Shown: piece by piece, positions 27,843 through 38,194 of the stretch
Layout: each line of letters opens with the position of its first letter
How positions within the stretch are numbered: the first letter of the stretch is position 1
Assembly (NCBI GenBank): GCA_044344255.1
Contig: JBIJDH010000019.1
Location: 114,107 to 178,106, forward strand
Length of the DNA: 64,000 nucleotides
DNA from: Myxococcota bacterium
Lineage (GTDB): Bacteria; Myxococcota_A; UBA796; UBA2385
Direction of reading: 5' to 3'
Made by a program: the position numbers and the translations under genes
The notes under the pieces: generated by a model
Database searches by the model: none
Told to the model about the DNA's origin: nothing
Seen by the model: the letters and a program-made list of their open reading frames with translations, nothing else

Positions 27843-30800
27843 GGGGTGCCTCCCAGCGGGCAGGGGCCCGCCTCACGGAGCACGAGCCCGTGGGCGACGG
27901 CCGATGAGGTGGGGCCGGGCACGTCCCCGCGGGAGAGGTGCCCGTAGCCGACGGTGGCGAGGCCGAGCACGCTGCCCCAGCCGGTGGCGCCGGCGTCAAC
28001 CCGGCCGAGGGCGCCGAGCCACCAGGCGCCCTCGGGCCGCCAGGTGGCCGAGGCCGCCGCGTCCCAGCCGAGGCCGACAGCGGGCTCGGGCTCCCAGTCC
28101 CGCTCCCGGCTCCACTGCGGCCCGACCCCGCCGGCCGCGCAGAACGCGAGCTCACGCGGGTTCCAGCCGAGGGTGGCCCGCGCTCGCGCGCTCGTGAAGG
28201 CGGCGGGCGTGTAGACCCCGGCCTCTCCGGCCCAGGCGCCGCCCACCCAGTCGCTGTGGCGGGTGTGGAGGCCGTCGAGGCCCAGCTCGACCGGCAGCTC
28301 ACGGACCTGAAAGGGGACCCGCAGCCAGAACACGCCGCCGACCCAGGGGGTGGGATCGAGGGAGAGGCCCTGTAGCGCCCCGGCCCGCCCGACCCCGCCC
28401 AGCGTGAGGCCGCTCTGACCGCGCAGGCCCGCGCGGAGGTCGATCCAGTTGTCCGTGACCCGCCCCGCGTCCTCCGCGGGGTCTCCCGCGAGGCTGAACC
28501 AGGAGTCGATCACCGGGGCGCGGGAGCCGCTGAGCGCCAGCTCCCAGAGGTGACGCGCCCGCCAGCGCAGCTCGCCGTACCCGACCACCGTGGCCGGCGA
28601 GGCCATCCCGAGGGGGGAGCTGCCGACCACCGCCCGCCAGGCGAGGGGGCCCTCGGTGGGAGAGGCGGCGTCGAGGGCCAGCGAGACCCCGGCGTCTCCA
28701 CCGAGGTCATCGGAGACCGCGAGCGGGAGGGCCTCGAGCCGGAGGCGGAGGGGATCGGCCGCCACCCACTCCGCGTTGACGTCGGCGCCCACGAGCCGGA
28801 GGCCGCCGACGCCGAGGGTCTCGGGTCGCCCGCCGACGAGGCCGGAGGCGGTGACGACCCAGCGAGGCTCGACCCCGACCTCCGCGCGGAGGGCTCTCAC
28901 GTCAACCGGCGGGCTCTTGCCGGGGGCCTCCTCGAGGCCGACCACCACCCCGACGGGGGCGGCGGGGACATGGGCCGCGTCATCCGGCCCGAGGCGTCGG
29001 ATCACGAGGCGGGGGCCGGGGTGGAGCCGCTCATCGACCGGCTCGACCGCCTTGACGTCGAGGATGGGCATCGGATCGGGCAGGCGCCGGAGCCGGAGGA
29101 CCTCGGGGACGGTCGGATCGGCCTCGACCTGCACGAGCGCGCGGGAGGCGGCCAGGGGGTGCCCCATCGCGACCTCGACGCGGGCGAGCTCCGCGCCGAG
29201 GCGGGGGTCCTTGGTCTCGGTCCAGGCGGCCTCGAGCCGGCGCGCCGCCGCGCCCGGCCGCCCGAGGGCGCGGTAGGCCCCCGCCTCGCCGATGATGCGC
29301 GTCACATCGGAACCTTCTTCCTTGTCTGCGAGCGCGGCGCGAAAGGCCACCGCGGCGGCGCGCGGCCGACCGACCTCCGACCAGGCCGCGCCGAGGGCGA
29401 GCTGGTCGAGGGCGGTCGGCGCCTGGAGCTGACGGGACACATTGGCCACAGCCTTGCGCGCCCCGGCTCGATCTCCGGCTTGCATCCGAGCCTTCGCGGC
29501 CTCGAGCTCGAGGTGGAGCTCGGCCGATCGGAGGGCCGGCGCCACCCACTCCCCCATCGGCGCTCCGCTGCCGAGGGCCGCGCGGAGGGAGGGGAGCACC
29601 GCGGGGAGCTGGCCCGTGGCGTAGCCGACGGTGAGGGCGGCGCCGAGCACGCCCTCTTCGACCGGGGCGAGGCGGAGGGCCTCCTGAACCGCGATCAGGG
29701 CGGCGGGGTGGTTCTTGGCGGCCATGTGGCAGTCGGCCAGGGTCAGCCAGGGGGCGGGGCGGGTGGGCTGCGCCTCGAGCAGCGGGGTGAGGAGGGCGCG
29801 CGCCCCGACGACGTCGCTCTCCCGCAGGGCCTGCTGGACCGCGGCGAGGGTCCTTCGTTCGGCCAGCTCTTCCCCGAAGGTGCGGCCGGGGGCGACCGAT
29901 CGGCCGGCGAGGTCCTTGGCGGCGATCACCTGGGCGGCACCGTCAAAGTCACCGCGGCCCATGCGGGCCACCGCGAGCCCGGCCCAGGCGTCCACGTTGC
30001 GCCCATCGAGATCGACGGCCCCCTGGTACATCGCCTCCGCCGCCTCGAACTGCCAGTGATCGAGGTAGAGCCCGCCCAGGTTGCCGAGGGCCCAGGTGTC
30101 GGGGCTGACCTCGAGGGCGCGGGCGATGAGCTCGAAGGCCTCCAAGTCCTCCCCGCGCTCGCGGGCGAGGTTGGCGCGTTGACCGAGGATCCGCCCGCGG
30201 GCCGCGGTCACCTCGCGGCGGAGCACGGGGTCGTGCTGACCGGCGAGGCCGTCGAGCAAGGCGTCGGCGGCGTCGAGGTCGGCCGTCTCCCCGCGCAGCA
30301 GGTGCGTGTTGGCGAGGCCGAGGCTCGACCAGCCGCCATCATCCCCGGCGGCGATCGAGCGGGTGTAGGCCCGGACCGCCGCCTCCTCCATCCGCTGCTC
30401 GAGGAAGAGGTCGCCGAGGGCGTGCAGCACCGCCGCGTCATCGGGGGCACGGCGCTCGAGGGCCGCGGTGCGGGCCTCCGCCTCGCCGCGGTCCCCCTCC
30501 CGCCACAGGGCGCGGATCCGGGCGGTCTCCTCGAGGAGGGAGAGGCGGTCGACGAGCCCGGGATCGACCTTCTTCTGAGAGGAGACGACCGCGTGGGCCT
30601 CATCCCAGCGGTCGAGGCTGGCGAGCAGGCGGACCAAGGCGGAGAGGGCCTCGGCGTGGCCGGGATCGAGCGAGAGGGCGACCGAGAAGGCCTCCCGGGC
30701 CGCGTCCGGGTGCCGATCGGCCCACAGGGCCCCGCCAGCCGCCACCCAGCTCGGCAGGGCGGTGGGATCGAGGGCGATCGCCTGGAGGAGGGCGTCGCTG

Positions 30801-32104
30801 CCGAGGCCGAGCTCCCCGGTCTCTCGTAAGGCCTGGCCGTGCTCGGCGAGGCGGGAGGCCAGCCAGTGCTGGAGCGCGCGCCGCTCCCAGGGCGCGTCCT
30901 CCTTCGGGAGGGCGTGGAGCAAGGGCTCGATCGCCCGACCCGGCTGGCGGGTGGTGGAGGCGAGCCCGATGAGGAGCTGGATGGCCTCAGTGTCTTCGGG
31001 GCGCTCGGCCACCTGGAGCTCGATGTCCTGCAGGGCCTCGTTCATCCGCCCGGCGTCGATCGCGGCGTGCACCCGCGCCCGCTGCCGCGCCGGGCCGCCT
31101 GCGCGGAGGGCGGGGTCGTCGGCGGAGAGGTAGGTCCCGGCTCGCTCTTCCTGATCGGCGCGCAGCAGCGCGAGGCCGGTCTTCCGGCGGAGGTCGAGGT
31201 CAGCCGGGCGGATGTCGCTCGCCTGCTCGAAGAGGCGGGCCGCTTGGACCGGCTGACCGAGAGACTCGGCGAGGGAGGCCGCGCGGAGCAGCAGCGGCAC
31301 CTTGTCCGAGGAGGCGGCGACGCGGCCGAGAGACTCGTCGAGGCTGCGGAGGGCCACCTCGGGCCGCCCCAGCGCCACCAGCCAGTCGGCGCAGTCGACG
31401 AACTCGTCGGGCTGTCGGCAGGTCGGCGGCGCGCTCGAGCCGGCGATCGCCCGGGCGAAGGTCGGCTGGCCCTCGCGGATCAGGATCGCGACCTCGAGCT
31501 CGACCGGGACACGCTCCGCGGCGAGGGCCTTGGCCTGGACGAGGGCGGCCTTGGCGACAGGGAGCGCGCCGTCGTAGAGGGCGGCCTCGGCGAGCAGGGT
31601 CCACGCCTGGGCCTTGACCGCCGCGGAGGCCCCCGGCGCCTGGGTGATGCCTTGGGCGTCCGACACCGCCCAGGGGCGGCTGCGATCGACCCGCAGCCAG
31701 GCCCGATCGAGGTGGAGCCGCATCGGCATGGGGTCGGGGTTGCCCGGGCGGTCCCGGGCGGCCTTCATGATCTCCGTCCAGGCACTCCGCGGCGGCAGCG
31801 AGAGCAGGAGCGCGTCGAGGCGACGGGCGGCCTCGGCACCCACGACCGGATCCCCCAGCAAGGTGGAGAGCACGGCCACCGCGAGGTCGAGGCCGGCCTC
31901 TCCCTCCTGGACGAGCTGCTCGGCCCAGGCGAGGCGATCGGCGGGGCGGTGGCCCTTGGGGGCGGAGCGGAGGACGGCGGGCGCCGCGACCGAGGCGGCG
32001 GGCGCCGCGGCGGTGGAGGCTCCCGACGACACGTCGGGCGCGGCGACCGCGTCAGGGCCGACGCCCAGCAGCAACACACCGAGCAGGGCGGGGAAGAGTC
32101 GCAT
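27839..32104 (-). CDS. bcsC: Cellulose export protein, BcsC-like (TPR array plus C-terminal beta-barrel)
   Basis: Signal peptide, long TPR-like region, GSSPLG and RAPVIDSWFSLAG barrel motifs; located after bcsZ. Confidence 0.75.
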   Translation of the reverse strand: MRLFPALLGVLLLGVGPDAVAAPDVSSGASTAAAPAASVAAPAVLRSAPKGHRPADRLAWAEQLVQEGEAGLDLAVAVLSTLLGDPVVGAEAARRLDALLLSLPPRSAWTEIMKAARDRPGNPDPMPMRLHLDRAWLRVDRSRPWAVSDAQGITQAPGASAAVKAQAWTLLAEAALYDGALPVAKAALVQAKALAAERVPVELEVAILIREGQPTFARAIAGSSAPPTCRQPDEFVDCADWLVALGRPEVALRSLDESLGRVAASSDKVPLLLRAASLAESLGQPVQAARLFEQASDIRPADLDLRRKTGLALLRADQEERAGTYLSADDPALRAGGPARQRARVHAAIDAGRMNEALQDIELQVAERPEDTEAIQLLIGLASTTRQPGRAIEPLLHALPKEDAPWERRALQHWLASRLAEHGQALRETGELGLGSDALLQAIALDPTALPSWVAAGGALWADRHPDAAREAFSVALSLDPGHAEALSALVRLLASLDRWDEAHAVVSSQKKVDPGLVDRLSLLEETARIRALWREGDRGEAEARTAALERRAPDDAAVLHALGDLFLEQRMEEAAVRAYTRSIAAGDDGGWSSLGLANTHLLRGETADLDAADALLDGLAGQHDPVLRREVTAARGRILGQRANLARERGEDLEAFELIARALEVSPDTWALGNLGGLYLDHWQFEAAEAMYQGAVDLDGRNVDAWAGLAVARMGRGDFDGAAQVIAAKDLAGRSVAPGRTFGEELAERRTLAAVQQALRESDVVGARALLTPLLEAQPTRPAPWLTLADCHMAAKNHPAALIAVQEALRLAPVEEGVLGAALTVGYATGQLPAVLPSLRAALGSGAPMGEWVAPALRSAELHLELEAAKARMQAGDRAGARKAVANVSRQLQAPTALDQLALGAAWSEVGRPRAAAVAFRAALADKEEGSDVTRIIGEAGAYRALGRPGAAARRLEAAWTETKDPRLGAELARVEVAMGHPLAASRALVQVEADPTVPEVLRLRRLPDPMPILDVKAVEPVDERLHPGPRLVIRRLGPDDAAHVPAAPVGVVVGLEEAPGKSPPVDVRALRAEVGVEPRWVVTASGLVGGRPETLGVGGLRLVGADVNAEWVAADPLRLRLEALPLAVSDDLGGDAGVSLALDAASPTEGPLAWRAVVGSSPLGMASPATVVGYGELRWRARHLWELALSGSRAPVIDSWFSLAGDPAEDAGRVTDNWIDLRAGLRGQSGLTLGGVGRAGALQGLSLDPTPWVGGVFWLRVPFQVRELPVELGLDGLHTRHSDWVGGAWAGEAGVYTPAAFTSARARATLGWNPRELAFCAAGGVGPQWSRERDWEPEPAVGLGWDAAASATWRPEGAWWLGALGRVDAGATGWGSVLGLATVGYGHLSRGDVPGPTSSAVAHGLVLREAGPCPLGGTP

Positions 32105-33219
32105 CAGGAGGCACCTGGCTGGGACCCGGGCGGGGAGTCGGCGAGCGCCACCCCGAACCAGAGCCAATTGGCGGCAAAGTAGTCGTGCTGCTCATCACAG
32201 GCGAGCTGGTCGGCCCAGAGGGGGGCGAGGGTCTGCTCCCAGACGCGGGCGGCGGCCTCGGGGGCGCGGGCCCGCCAGGTCGGCAGCAGGGCGGCGTAGA
32301 GGCCTGGATAGGGCCAGGCGTCCAAGGGGGCGCCCTCGACCGTCATGCGGGCGGGGAGCATCCCCTCAGCGGTGTACCGCTGGGCCAGCGGGTCCATCCG
32401 CTGGAGCAGGGCGGTGGCCCGCGGATCGCCGCTCCAGCGGGCGTCCGCCTCGATGTTCCAGGGCACCCGCAGGGCGTCGAAGCTGACCACACCGGTGGCC
32501 TGGGCGTCGGCGGGAGGCGCCACCGGCGAGCCGGTGCTGCGATCGAGCCAGGCCCAGTCCGGGGGGAGGCCCGCCGGCCCGATCAGTCGATCCATCAGGA
32601 CGTAGCTGTCATCGAGCAGGCGGCCCCAATCGTGGTCCGGATCGGCGCCCACGAAGGTTCGGAGCGCGAAGGGCAGGAAGTAGGAGGGGTTCACCCGGAT
32701 GAGCGCCCCCTCTTTGGCCCACGGTCCGGGCAGCAGCACCCGGGTGCCCGCGACCTCGAGGGTCTCCCGCTCCCAGACCTCCCGGAGCAGCGCCCGGGCC
32801 TCGGTGGCGAGGGCGGGCCGCTCCCAGCGCTCCGCGGCGAGCAGCAGCGACCAGGCGATGAGGATGTCGGCGTCCGACGCGGGGGAAGGGTCTTTGACAC
32901 CACGGCGGAGCCAGCCCTTGCGCCCCCACAGCCACGCGGGGAGCTGATCCCGCTCCCCGCCCTGAAGCTCAGCCAGGGTCCAGCCTCGGATCGTGTCGAA
33001 CCGTGCCTCGTCGCCCATCCACAAGGCGCGGAGCATGGCGTAGGCCTGCCCCTCGCTGGTGGTGGACCGATCACGGGAGGGGTCGATCACCCGGCCCCCG
33101 CGAATGAAGGTCCGGGCATAACAACGCCAGGCGACCTGCAGCTCCGCCGCGGCCACCTCCCCTCCCTCGCTGGCGCGCGCGGGGCTGACCAGCAGAGCGC
33201 CGGCCAGGGCCCAGCTCAT
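32104..33219 (-). CDS. bcsZ: GH8 endoglucanase
   Basis: TTSEGQAYAML, LPAWLWG, ASDAD, NPSY and FDALR. Confidence 0.92.
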   Translation of the reverse strand: MSWALAGALLVSPARASEGGEVAAAELQVAWRCYARTFIRGGRVIDPSRDRSTTSEGQAYAMLRALWMGDEARFDTIRGWTLAELQGGERDQLPAWLWGRKGWLRRGVKDPSPASDADILIAWSLLLAAERWERPALATEARALLREVWERETLEVAGTRVLLPGPWAKEGALIRVNPSYFLPFALRTFVGADPDHDWGRLLDDSYVLMDRLIGPAGLPPDWAWLDRSTGSPVAPPADAQATGVVSFDALRVPWNIEADARWSGDPRATALLQRMDPLAQRYTAEGMLPARMTVEGAPLDAWPYPGLYAALLPTWRARAPEAAARVWEQTLAPLWADQLACDEQHDYFAANWLWFGVALADSPPGSQPGAS

Positions 33220-35426
33220 GTGCGGCCACCGCGGTTGCGCGCGAAGATCGAGACCGCCTTGCCGAAGGCCACCGCCGCAGCGACGAGGGAGATCCCGAGC
33301 AGCCACCAGTTCTTACGCAGGGTGTTCATCCACGTCACCCGCACCGGCTCCTCCCCCATCGGCCGCCGCGCCGCGACCGAGACGGGGCGAATGCCTCCGC
33401 TCTCCGGCAGGGCCACGGCGTTGCCGGAGAGCCGGGCGAGGCGGCTGGGATCGGAGAGGCTCTGCACCGCCCCTTGCAGGTCCGCGTCCGTGCCCGCTCG
33501 GAGCACGAGGGCGAGGCGGTCCTTGTTCTCGGGGCGGATGAGCTGCTCGATGGTCGCGAAGGCGCGCTCGTTGCCGACGTTGAGCAGCCCGGCGCCCGCG
33601 CCATCGGAGAGGGCCCGATCCAGGTCGCCCTGCAGGGTGACCCGGCCGCTGGACACCAGCTCGTCGAAGGCGCTGTTGCCGCCCTCGCCCACCAGCACCA
33701 GCGCCTGCTGGTTGGCGCGCTCCCCGAGGAGGCCCTTCCGGCCCGCGAAGAGGCCGATGCTGGGCTGCTCGTCCATGTTCCGGCTGGCGAGCTCCGCCAC
33801 GATCTGGAGGCCCGCGCTGGCGTCGGCCCACGAGGGGGCGTCATCGATCACCACCAGGGTGCCGCCGGCGCTGGCCGGCTCCGCGAAGGGCCAGAGGTCG
33901 AAGCGCAGCAGGCCGAGATCGGGCACCATCGCGGTGTAGTAGCGGGGGCTCTCGATGGAGGAGGACCCATGCACCGTCGCCCAGATCGCCTTGTCCGAGG
34001 TGCGGCGGCAGGGATCGAAGTCCTCCGGATAGAGGTGGAACACCACCTCCAGGTTGGACTTCTGCTCGGTGAGGTCGGCGGGGAGCGTCACGCGGAGGTG
34101 GCGGAGCTGCTCGCCTTCCCGGCTGTCGAGGGCGGAGCTGCGGAGCACGATCCCGTTGAGCCGGACCTCGACGGTCGACAGCCGCAGGTCGAGCTGCGCG
34201 CCGTACGAATACACGAGGTCGAAGACCCCGCCTTCGGGGTTGATGTGACCGTCCCCCTCGAAGATCAGGGGGACCTCCACCGCCTCGGAGTAGTAGCCCC
34301 GAACCGTGGTGTCCTTGATTCCGAGGTCGCTCAGGGTGAAGGCCTCGTCGTGATACGGCACCGGCCGCGGGTCGCGGTTGTTGGCGGGCGGCGTCGCACG
34401 ATCCACCGCGCGGATCTGGCTCCGCGAGCCCGAGAGCAGCTCGTAGCGGTACCGCGAGGCCACCGCCTGGGCGGCCCGCTTCAGGCCGGCCTCGTCGGCG
34501 CCAGTGACGATGAGGATCGCCCGAGAGGGCGCCCCCGGGGCCGGCACCACCACCACGAGGCCCTCCCCCGCGGGGATGGATGTGGGGCCGAGGAGCGAGG
34601 CGATGAGCGGGTTCTCGTCGATTCGGCCCACGATCAAGCCGTGGCTCTGGAGGAGGGAGGGGTCGGCCACCGGCTCCTGGAGGCGCAGCGTGCGGTAGCC
34701 GGAGATGCGGCCGAGGCCGACCGCGACGGTGCCGAGGGCCTCCACGGTCGCCGCCGAGGGGGAGCCCTGTCCGATGAGGGAGAGCTCCACCGGGCCGTAG
34801 CCGAGCGGATCGTAGAAGGGCGCGGGGAAGAGCGCGAGATCGGGCACGATCGGCGCCTCGACGACGTCGAAGCGGAGCACCGAGGTGCGGCTCACCCGGG
34901 TCCAGAGCGCGGGGTCGAAGGGGTCCTCACACTCGTCTACGAGGTGCTGCACGACCGATATCTTGAGCTTGTTGTAGTCGACCAGCAGGTGGCGGGGGAT
35001 CGCCAACCGGAGGGTGCCGCCCTGCGCGGTGGCCGCGTCGAGCGTGACCGTGGCGGCGGCCTGATCGTTCACCTGGACCGTGAGCGAGCTCCGCCCGGGG
35101 TCGAGGGCCGAGCTGTGGTCAAAGGCGATCTCCACCACGGGGTCGGCCTGCAGGGTCCAGGCGTTCGGCACCGTGAAGGTGAGGGTGCGGGTGGCCTCGA
35201 GCCCCTGCAGCATCGGGTCGGTTTGCACCTGCAGATCGCGCTCGAACTGGATCTCGCGGAGGCCTGCCGCGGCCGGTGCGGCCACCACGGGCGCCGAGCC
35301 CTCCAACACCGCCGCGGGCTCCGCCGACGCGGCCGCGGGCGCGGCCTCCGCAGGGGCCTGGGCATGCGCAGCCGAGAGGAAGAGGGGAGAGGAGCAGGTC
35401 AGCAGGAACAGCGACAGTGGGCTCAT
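33216..35426 (-). CDS. bcsB: Cellulose synthase periplasmic subunit BcsB
   Basis: Signal peptide; CEDPFDPALW; PDLALFPAPF; PDLGLL..WPF; C-terminal TM anchor; ATGA overlaps on both sides. Confidence 0.88.
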   Translation of the reverse strand: MSPLSLFLLTCSSPLFLSAAHAQAPAEAAPAAASAEPAAVLEGSAPVVAAPAAAGLREIQFERDLQVQTDPMLQGLEATRTLTFTVPNAWTLQADPVVEIAFDHSSALDPGRSSLTVQVNDQAAATVTLDAATAQGGTLRLAIPRHLLVDYNKLKISVVQHLVDECEDPFDPALWTRVSRTSVLRFDVVEAPIVPDLALFPAPFYDPLGYGPVELSLIGQGSPSAATVEALGTVAVGLGRISGYRTLRLQEPVADPSLLQSHGLIVGRIDENPLIASLLGPTSIPAGEGLVVVVPAPGAPSRAILIVTGADEAGLKRAAQAVASRYRYELLSGSRSQIRAVDRATPPANNRDPRPVPYHDEAFTLSDLGIKDTTVRGYYSEAVEVPLIFEGDGHINPEGGVFDLVYSYGAQLDLRLSTVEVRLNGIVLRSSALDSREGEQLRHLRVTLPADLTEQKSNLEVVFHLYPEDFDPCRRTSDKAIWATVHGSSSIESPRYYTAMVPDLGLLRFDLWPFAEPASAGGTLVVIDDAPSWADASAGLQIVAELASRNMDEQPSIGLFAGRKGLLGERANQQALVLVGEGGNSAFDELVSSGRVTLQGDLDRALSDGAGAGLLNVGNERAFATIEQLIRPENKDRLALVLRAGTDADLQGAVQSLSDPSRLARLSGNAVALPESGGIRPVSVAARRPMGEEPVRVTWMNTLRKNWWLLGISLVAAAVAFGKAVSIFARNRGGRT

Positions 35427-38194
35427 GGGACAACCGGACCAAGGATGGTGGGGGGCAGGCCGAGGCGGGCGGAGACGTCGCCGAGGGTGCGGCGAACGCT
35501 GGCGAGCCGAGCGGTGGAGAGGGGGTCGTTCGGGCGAAGTTCGAAGAGGTGGCCGGCGTCCTCGAGCTCGACGAGGGCGAGGAGCAGCTGGTCCTCCGCG
35601 ATCCGGGTATCGGCGTCCGTCCGCGCGAGCTGGCCGAGGCGAAAGACCGAGCGTGTGGCCTGCAGGCGGCTCGACCAGGTGGGCAACAGCGCCTGCTGCG
35701 ACTGCTGGGCCTGCTCGAGCTCATCGGCGAGGCCCACCACAGCGCGATAGGCGTTGGTGAGGGTGGCCATGCGGGTCTGATAGCTCGGGCCGGTCCAACG
35801 CTCGATGGGCATGAAGACGCCGAGGGCCGCCACCGCTGGGCTCGCGTTGAAGGCCAGCACCGCGCCGAAAGCGAGCAGCGCGAGGCCGAAGGCCGGCCCC
35901 AGGACGCCGGCCCGGCGCGGCGCGAGGCCCCGCTCGGCGAGGGCGCTCACCCGCGGCGCCCCGCACTCTTCGCAGGCGCTGTCCGCCGCCGGGTACGGGT
36001 GGCCGCAGGCGCGGCAGGGGAGGCGGCCCGTCACCGTGCGAGAGCGGCCGACGTCGAGCACCCGCCGGAGGAAGCTGCCGTTGCCCATCGCCACCGAGAA
36101 GGGGACGGTGAGCACCGCGAGGAAGGAGCGCACGGGCTGATCTTCGACGTAGCGCTCCCCCAACCAGGGGGAGGCCGAGCCGAAGACGAGGCGGCTGACC
36201 GCCTCGCGCTCGTCGGAGGCGAGGGGCATGAACTGGAGCCGGACGGTGCGCACCCCGTCGGTCTCCAGCCGCTGGAAGACCACGTCCGCCGGCAACAACA
36301 GACCGTGCGCCGCGCCATCGTCCACAAAGACAGAGACGGTGGAGGGGAGGGTGAGCTCTCCGCTCACCCGCACCTGAAGGCCGGTGGTGGAGAGGTCGAC
36401 GGTGGTGCCACGCCACCGCTCCTCGCGCTCCACCCCTTGGATGCCCACCGGGAGCGCCCGGTGGACGCGGTGCCGCTGCCGCCGCTGAGCAGGTTCGAAG
36501 GCGGAGGCGGCCGCCACCAGCAGCACGATGATGTTGAACAGGTTCCAGACACCGGCGATGATGATGGTGTCCCGCTCGGTCGGGTAGGCCTCGATCCGCG
36601 GGCCCATCGCCACCAGCGCGCCGAAGGCGCAGCCGAGCAGCACGAGGGTCGGCAGCGCGTTCCGCCAGTCGAAGGTGGCCTGCTCCGCCTGCCCGCCCTT
36701 GTCGGTCACGTTGAAGCGCCCCCGCTTGGGGGCGATGATGGCGAAGACGGTGACCAGCGCCAGGTAAGGCGCCATCACGGTCTCAAAGACCTCGGCCCAG
36801 AAGCTGTGCCGCGTGGACCGGTTGACCAACGAAGCCCCCACCCACGACAGCGCGAGGTGCGGCGCGCTGTAGAGCAGCACCTCCCGAACGTCGCCGATGA
36901 CGGGGTGCAGCCCGAAGACGAGGTAGAGCACGGGCGTGAAGAGGAAGATCAGGCGCGGCAGTCCGAACATGAAGTGCCAGGACGCGCACAGATAGTTGAG
37001 CCGCTGCGCGAGGCTGAGCCCCGACTTGAGCAGCGGGTTGTCGGTGCGGAAGATCTGCGCCATGCCGCGGGCCCAGCGGATCCGCTGCGTGATGTACTGG
37101 GCCTGCCGCTCCGTGGCGAGCCCCGCCGCCAGCGGGATGTCCAGGTAGGCGGAGCGCCAGCCCTTCGCGTGCATCTTCAGCGCGGTGTGCGCGTCCTCGG
37201 TGAGGGTCTCCTCGGCCATGCCGCCGACATCGAGCAGGGCCTCCCTCGACAAGAGCGCGCAAGATCCACAGAAGAAGGCCGAGTTCCAGAAGTCGTTCCC
37301 CGGCTGAACCACGTGGTAGAAGAACTTCTGTTCACTCGGGACCACCCCCGCGAGGTGGAGGTTTCGCTCGAAGTGGTCGGGGTTGTAGAAGTGATGCGGC
37401 GTCTGGACGAGCGCCATCTTCTTCTCTGCGAGGAAGAAGCCCACCGTCGAGGTGAGGAACTCCCGCGAAGGGACATGGTCGGCGTCGAACATCGCCACCA
37501 GCTCTCCCTCGGTCTGGTGGAGCGCGTGGTTGATGTTGCCGGCCTTGGCGCCCTTGTTGTCGGGCCGCGTCAAGTACCGGCAGCCGAGCCGCTCGGCCAG
37601 CTCCTTCATCTCCGGCCGGCGCCCGTCGTCGAGCAACCACACCGTCTTCTTCGGGTAGTCCATCGCCAGGGCCCCCGCGACGGTGTCGTGGAGGATGTCG
37701 ACGGACTCGTTGTACGTGGGGATGTAGACGTCTACGGTGGGGAGCAGCGCCGGATCGTCGGGGAGGGCGAGGGGGACCCGCCGCTTGGTGATCGCGGTCT
37801 GGAAGTAGCCGCCGAGCAGCACCGTGTAGGCGTAGGCCTCGGCGCCGAACAGGAGGAGGCCGGAGATGGCGTCGGGGGTGGCGGCCCACTCGACGGTGTT
37901 GCTCAGGCGGTACCAGAGGTAGCGGGTGGAGACCGCCACCGACAGCGCCGCGACCGCGAGGCGGTCCTGAGGCCGCCACCGAACGATCAGCAGGCCAATG
38001 CCGACCAGCACCGCCGAGAGGGCGACGTGCTGCCGCGTCGGCATGTCCGCGAGCACGTAGAGGACCATGGGGAAGGCCAGGGCCCCGACCACGATGGCAG
38101 AGAGCAACCTCGAACCCGCACCGAACACCGGGACGTCGCTCTCGCCGACGGTGGCTGGGGTGGACGAGGCGGCGCTGGGGGTCGGCGGAGACAT
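35423..38194 (-). CDS. bcsA: Cellulose synthase catalytic subunit (GT2 plus PilZ) with extra C-terminal zinc-ribbon/TM/helical extension
   Basis: PTYNE, DDGRR, KAGNIN, FDADH, QTPH, FFCGS, TED, QRIRW, FNVTDK; PilZ RQRHR and DLSTTG. Confidence 0.93.
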   Translation of the reverse strand: MSPPTPSAASSTPATVGESDVPVFGAGSRLLSAIVVGALAFPMVLYVLADMPTRQHVALSAVLVGIGLLIVRWRPQDRLAVAALSVAVSTRYLWYRLSNTVEWAATPDAISGLLLFGAEAYAYTVLLGGYFQTAITKRRVPLALPDDPALLPTVDVYIPTYNESVDILHDTVAGALAMDYPKKTVWLLDDGRRPEMKELAERLGCRYLTRPDNKGAKAGNINHALHQTEGELVAMFDADHVPSREFLTSTVGFFLAEKKMALVQTPHHFYNPDHFERNLHLAGVVPSEQKFFYHVVQPGNDFWNSAFFCGSCALLSREALLDVGGMAEETLTEDAHTALKMHAKGWRSAYLDIPLAAGLATERQAQYITQRIRWARGMAQIFRTDNPLLKSGLSLAQRLNYLCASWHFMFGLPRLIFLFTPVLYLVFGLHPVIGDVREVLLYSAPHLALSWVGASLVNRSTRHSFWAEVFETVMAPYLALVTVFAIIAPKRGRFNVTDKGGQAEQATFDWRNALPTLVLLGCAFGALVAMGPRIEAYPTERDTIIIAGVWNLFNIIVLLVAAASAFEPAQRRQRHRVHRALPVGIQGVEREERWRGTTVDLSTTGLQVRVSGELTLPSTVSVFVDDGAAHGLLLPADVVFQRLETDGVRTVRLQFMPLASDEREAVSRLVFGSASPWLGERYVEDQPVRSFLAVLTVPFSVAMGNGSFLRRVLDVGRSRTVTGRLPCRACGHPYPAADSACEECGAPRVSALAERGLAPRRAGVLGPAFGLALLAFGAVLAFNASPAVAALGVFMPIERWTGPSYQTRMATLTNAYRAVVGLADELEQAQQSQQALLPTWSSRLQATRSVFRLGQLARTDADTRIAEDQLLLALVELEDAGHLFELRPNDPLSTARLASVRRTLGDVSARLGLPPTILGPVVP

